Positions 62,302-64,000 of a stretch of 64,000 bases of DNA are shown here, piece after piece; position 1 is the stretch's first letter; every line of letters begins with the position of its first letter. Both the position numbers and the translations under genes were made by a program. The notes below the pieces were generated by a model. That model saw nothing but the letters and a program-made list of their open reading frames with translations, was not told the origin of the DNA and searched no databases. The DNA comes from Hemiscyllium ocellatum (taxonomy: Eukaryota): positions 6,933,534 to 6,997,533 of the forward strand of contig NC_083409.1 in assembly GCF_020745735.1 (NCBI RefSeq), written 5' to 3'.

Positions 62302-62364
62302 TGAGAGGCCACCACATCGAATTGAGAGGCCATCACATCGAACTGAGAGGCCATCATGTTGGAC
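62302..62364. repeat. 21-nt tandem repeat, three copies with degenerate flanks
   Basis: TGAGAGGCCACCACATCGAAT / TGAGAGGCCATCACATCGAAC / TGAGAGGCCATCATGTTGGAC. Confidence 0.85.
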
Positions 62365-63568
62365 CAAAAGTCTGCCTTGTCTGGTTGGATGGTCTCCCTG
62401 CCAGGCCAGGACACTGCCACACCACCCAAGAGGCCACATCATTAGGTCTGCACTGGGTCAGAGGCCTGGCGACTGAGGCTGGGAGTCCAAGCCCTGGAGA
62501 AGAAATAAGGGAGAAGGACAAAAGAAAAACACAAAAGAAAAGGAAAAGAGAAGTGGAATAGAAAGAAGAAAAGGAAACAGACAGAGCAGATGAACTCGGT
62601 CTGAAGTATCCTACACTGCGACCATCTTGGATTACTGGGTCTCAGACTACAGTCTGATATTGGTCAGCTGGTAAATTGGGCAGAGCAATGGCAGATAGAA
62701 TTTAATCCTGATACCTCTGAGGTGATCCAACTTGGGAGGTCTAATAAGGGAAGTTTATACACAATGAAAGGCATGTGCCTTGAGTGTCCTTATGCATGAA
62801 TCACAGAGGGTTTGTCGACAGGTACAACAAGCAATTCGGAAGGCAAATGGAATTTTGTCCTTCATTGCTAAAGGGATTGAGTTTAAAAAGTGGTAAGGTT
62901 ATGTTGCAGCTGTACAGAGTGCTGGTGAGGCCACAACTGGAGTACTATGTGCAGTAATGGTCTCCTTACTTGGAAAAGGCAATACTGGCACCAGGGGGGT
63001 GCAGAGAAAGTTCACTAGGCTGATTCTGGGGTGGAGGTGGTTGGCTTATGAAGGGAGACTGCGTAGACTGGGATATATTAATTGGAACTTAGAAGAATGA
63101 GGGGAATCTTATAGAAACAAATAAAATTATAAAGATAATAGATAAGACAGAAGTAGAAACGATGTTCTCACTGGCAGGTGAAACTAAAACAAGAGGGTTT
63201 AAGCTCAAAATTAGGGGGAGCAGATTTAGGACTGAATTGAGAAGGAACTTCTTCACCCAGAGGGTCATAAATCTATGAAATTCCTTGCTCAATGAAGAAA
63301 TTGATGCTACTTCAGTTAATGTTTTAAAGCTAAGACAGATTTTTTTTGAACAATAAAGGAATTAAGAGATACAGTGAGAGCAAATGCCAGGTCTTGCAGT
63401 TTAGAAAAAAGACGACAGGCAAGGACAATTTTCTAAACGGTGAGAAAATTCATCAAGCCAAAATACAAAGGGATCTAGGAATGCTAGTGCCGGATTCTCT
63501 AAAGGTTGACTTGCAGGTTGAATCTGTGGTTAAGAAAACAAATGTAATATTGTCATTTATCTCAAGAG

Positions 63569-63725
63569 ATGAAAAATGTGTTGCTGGAAAAGCGCAACAG
63601 GAATGAAGAAGGGTTTATGCCCGAAACGTCAATTCTCCCGCTCCTTGGATGCTGTCTGACCTGCTGCGCTTTTCCAGCAACACATTTTTCAGCTATGATC
63701 TCCAGCATCTGCAGTCCTCACTTTC
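63569..63725 (+). mobile_element. Penelope terminal repeat with inverted partial copy and decayed hammerhead core
   Basis: 63569-63600 is the reverse complement of ~63660-63692; core ATGAAGA-A-GGGT-TTAT-GCCC-GAAA-C-GTC at 63603-63630. Confidence 0.7.
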
Positions 63726-64000
63726 TCCTAATTTATCTCAAGAGGGTTGGAATGTAAAATGAGATTTGCTACTGAGACTTTATAAAGCTCTGGTTAGGCC
63801 CCATTTAGTCCAGTTTTCGGCCCCTCACCTCAGGAAGGACATATTGACACTGGACCGTGTCCAGTGGAGATTCACATTGATGATCCCTGGAATGGTAAGT
63901 CTAATATATGATTAACGGCTGAGGATCCTGGGATTTTATTCATTCGAGTTTAGAAGGGGAAATCTAATAGAAACTTACAAGATAATGCATGGCTTAGAAA

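Noticed and set aside
45100-64000. Further Ig V or C exons upstream of the cluster
   Set aside because: No Ig motifs or canonical RSS seen; the region is mostly CR1, SINE and Penelope debris.

Overview
Eukaryotic DNA from a cartilaginous fish (shark-type SINE, CR1 and Penelope repeats; species not determinable here), covering part of a clustered kappa-type immunoglobulin light-chain locus on the minus strand. It holds one unrearranged cluster: promoter ~45.0 kb, leader 44862-44910, V 44376-44674 with a 12-RSS, J 43868-43902 with a 23-RSS, and C 35087-35415. Its V is a pseudogene, but its RSSs, J and C reading frame are intact. A second, broken C exon (4043-4366) has no J or V of its own. Between the two C exons lies a roughly 24 kb inverted duplication (arms ~9.9-23.1 kb and ~26.25-33.9 kb). 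One arm carries an 8.1 kb class I endogenous retrovirus (12687-20814, ACTC target-site duplication) whose gag and pol are gutted and partly replaced by foreign sequence, while LTRs, PBS, candidate splice sites, PPT and a full-length but mutated env remain. Penelope-element ends scattered across the window carry minimal hammerhead-ribozyme cores of two covarying families. The rest is mostly decayed CR1-like LINEs and SINEs. All alignments and counts were done by eye, and TE boundaries without a TSD are approximate (about +/-50 nt). Two N gaps sit inside the ERV LTRs, so assembly error may explain some lesions.
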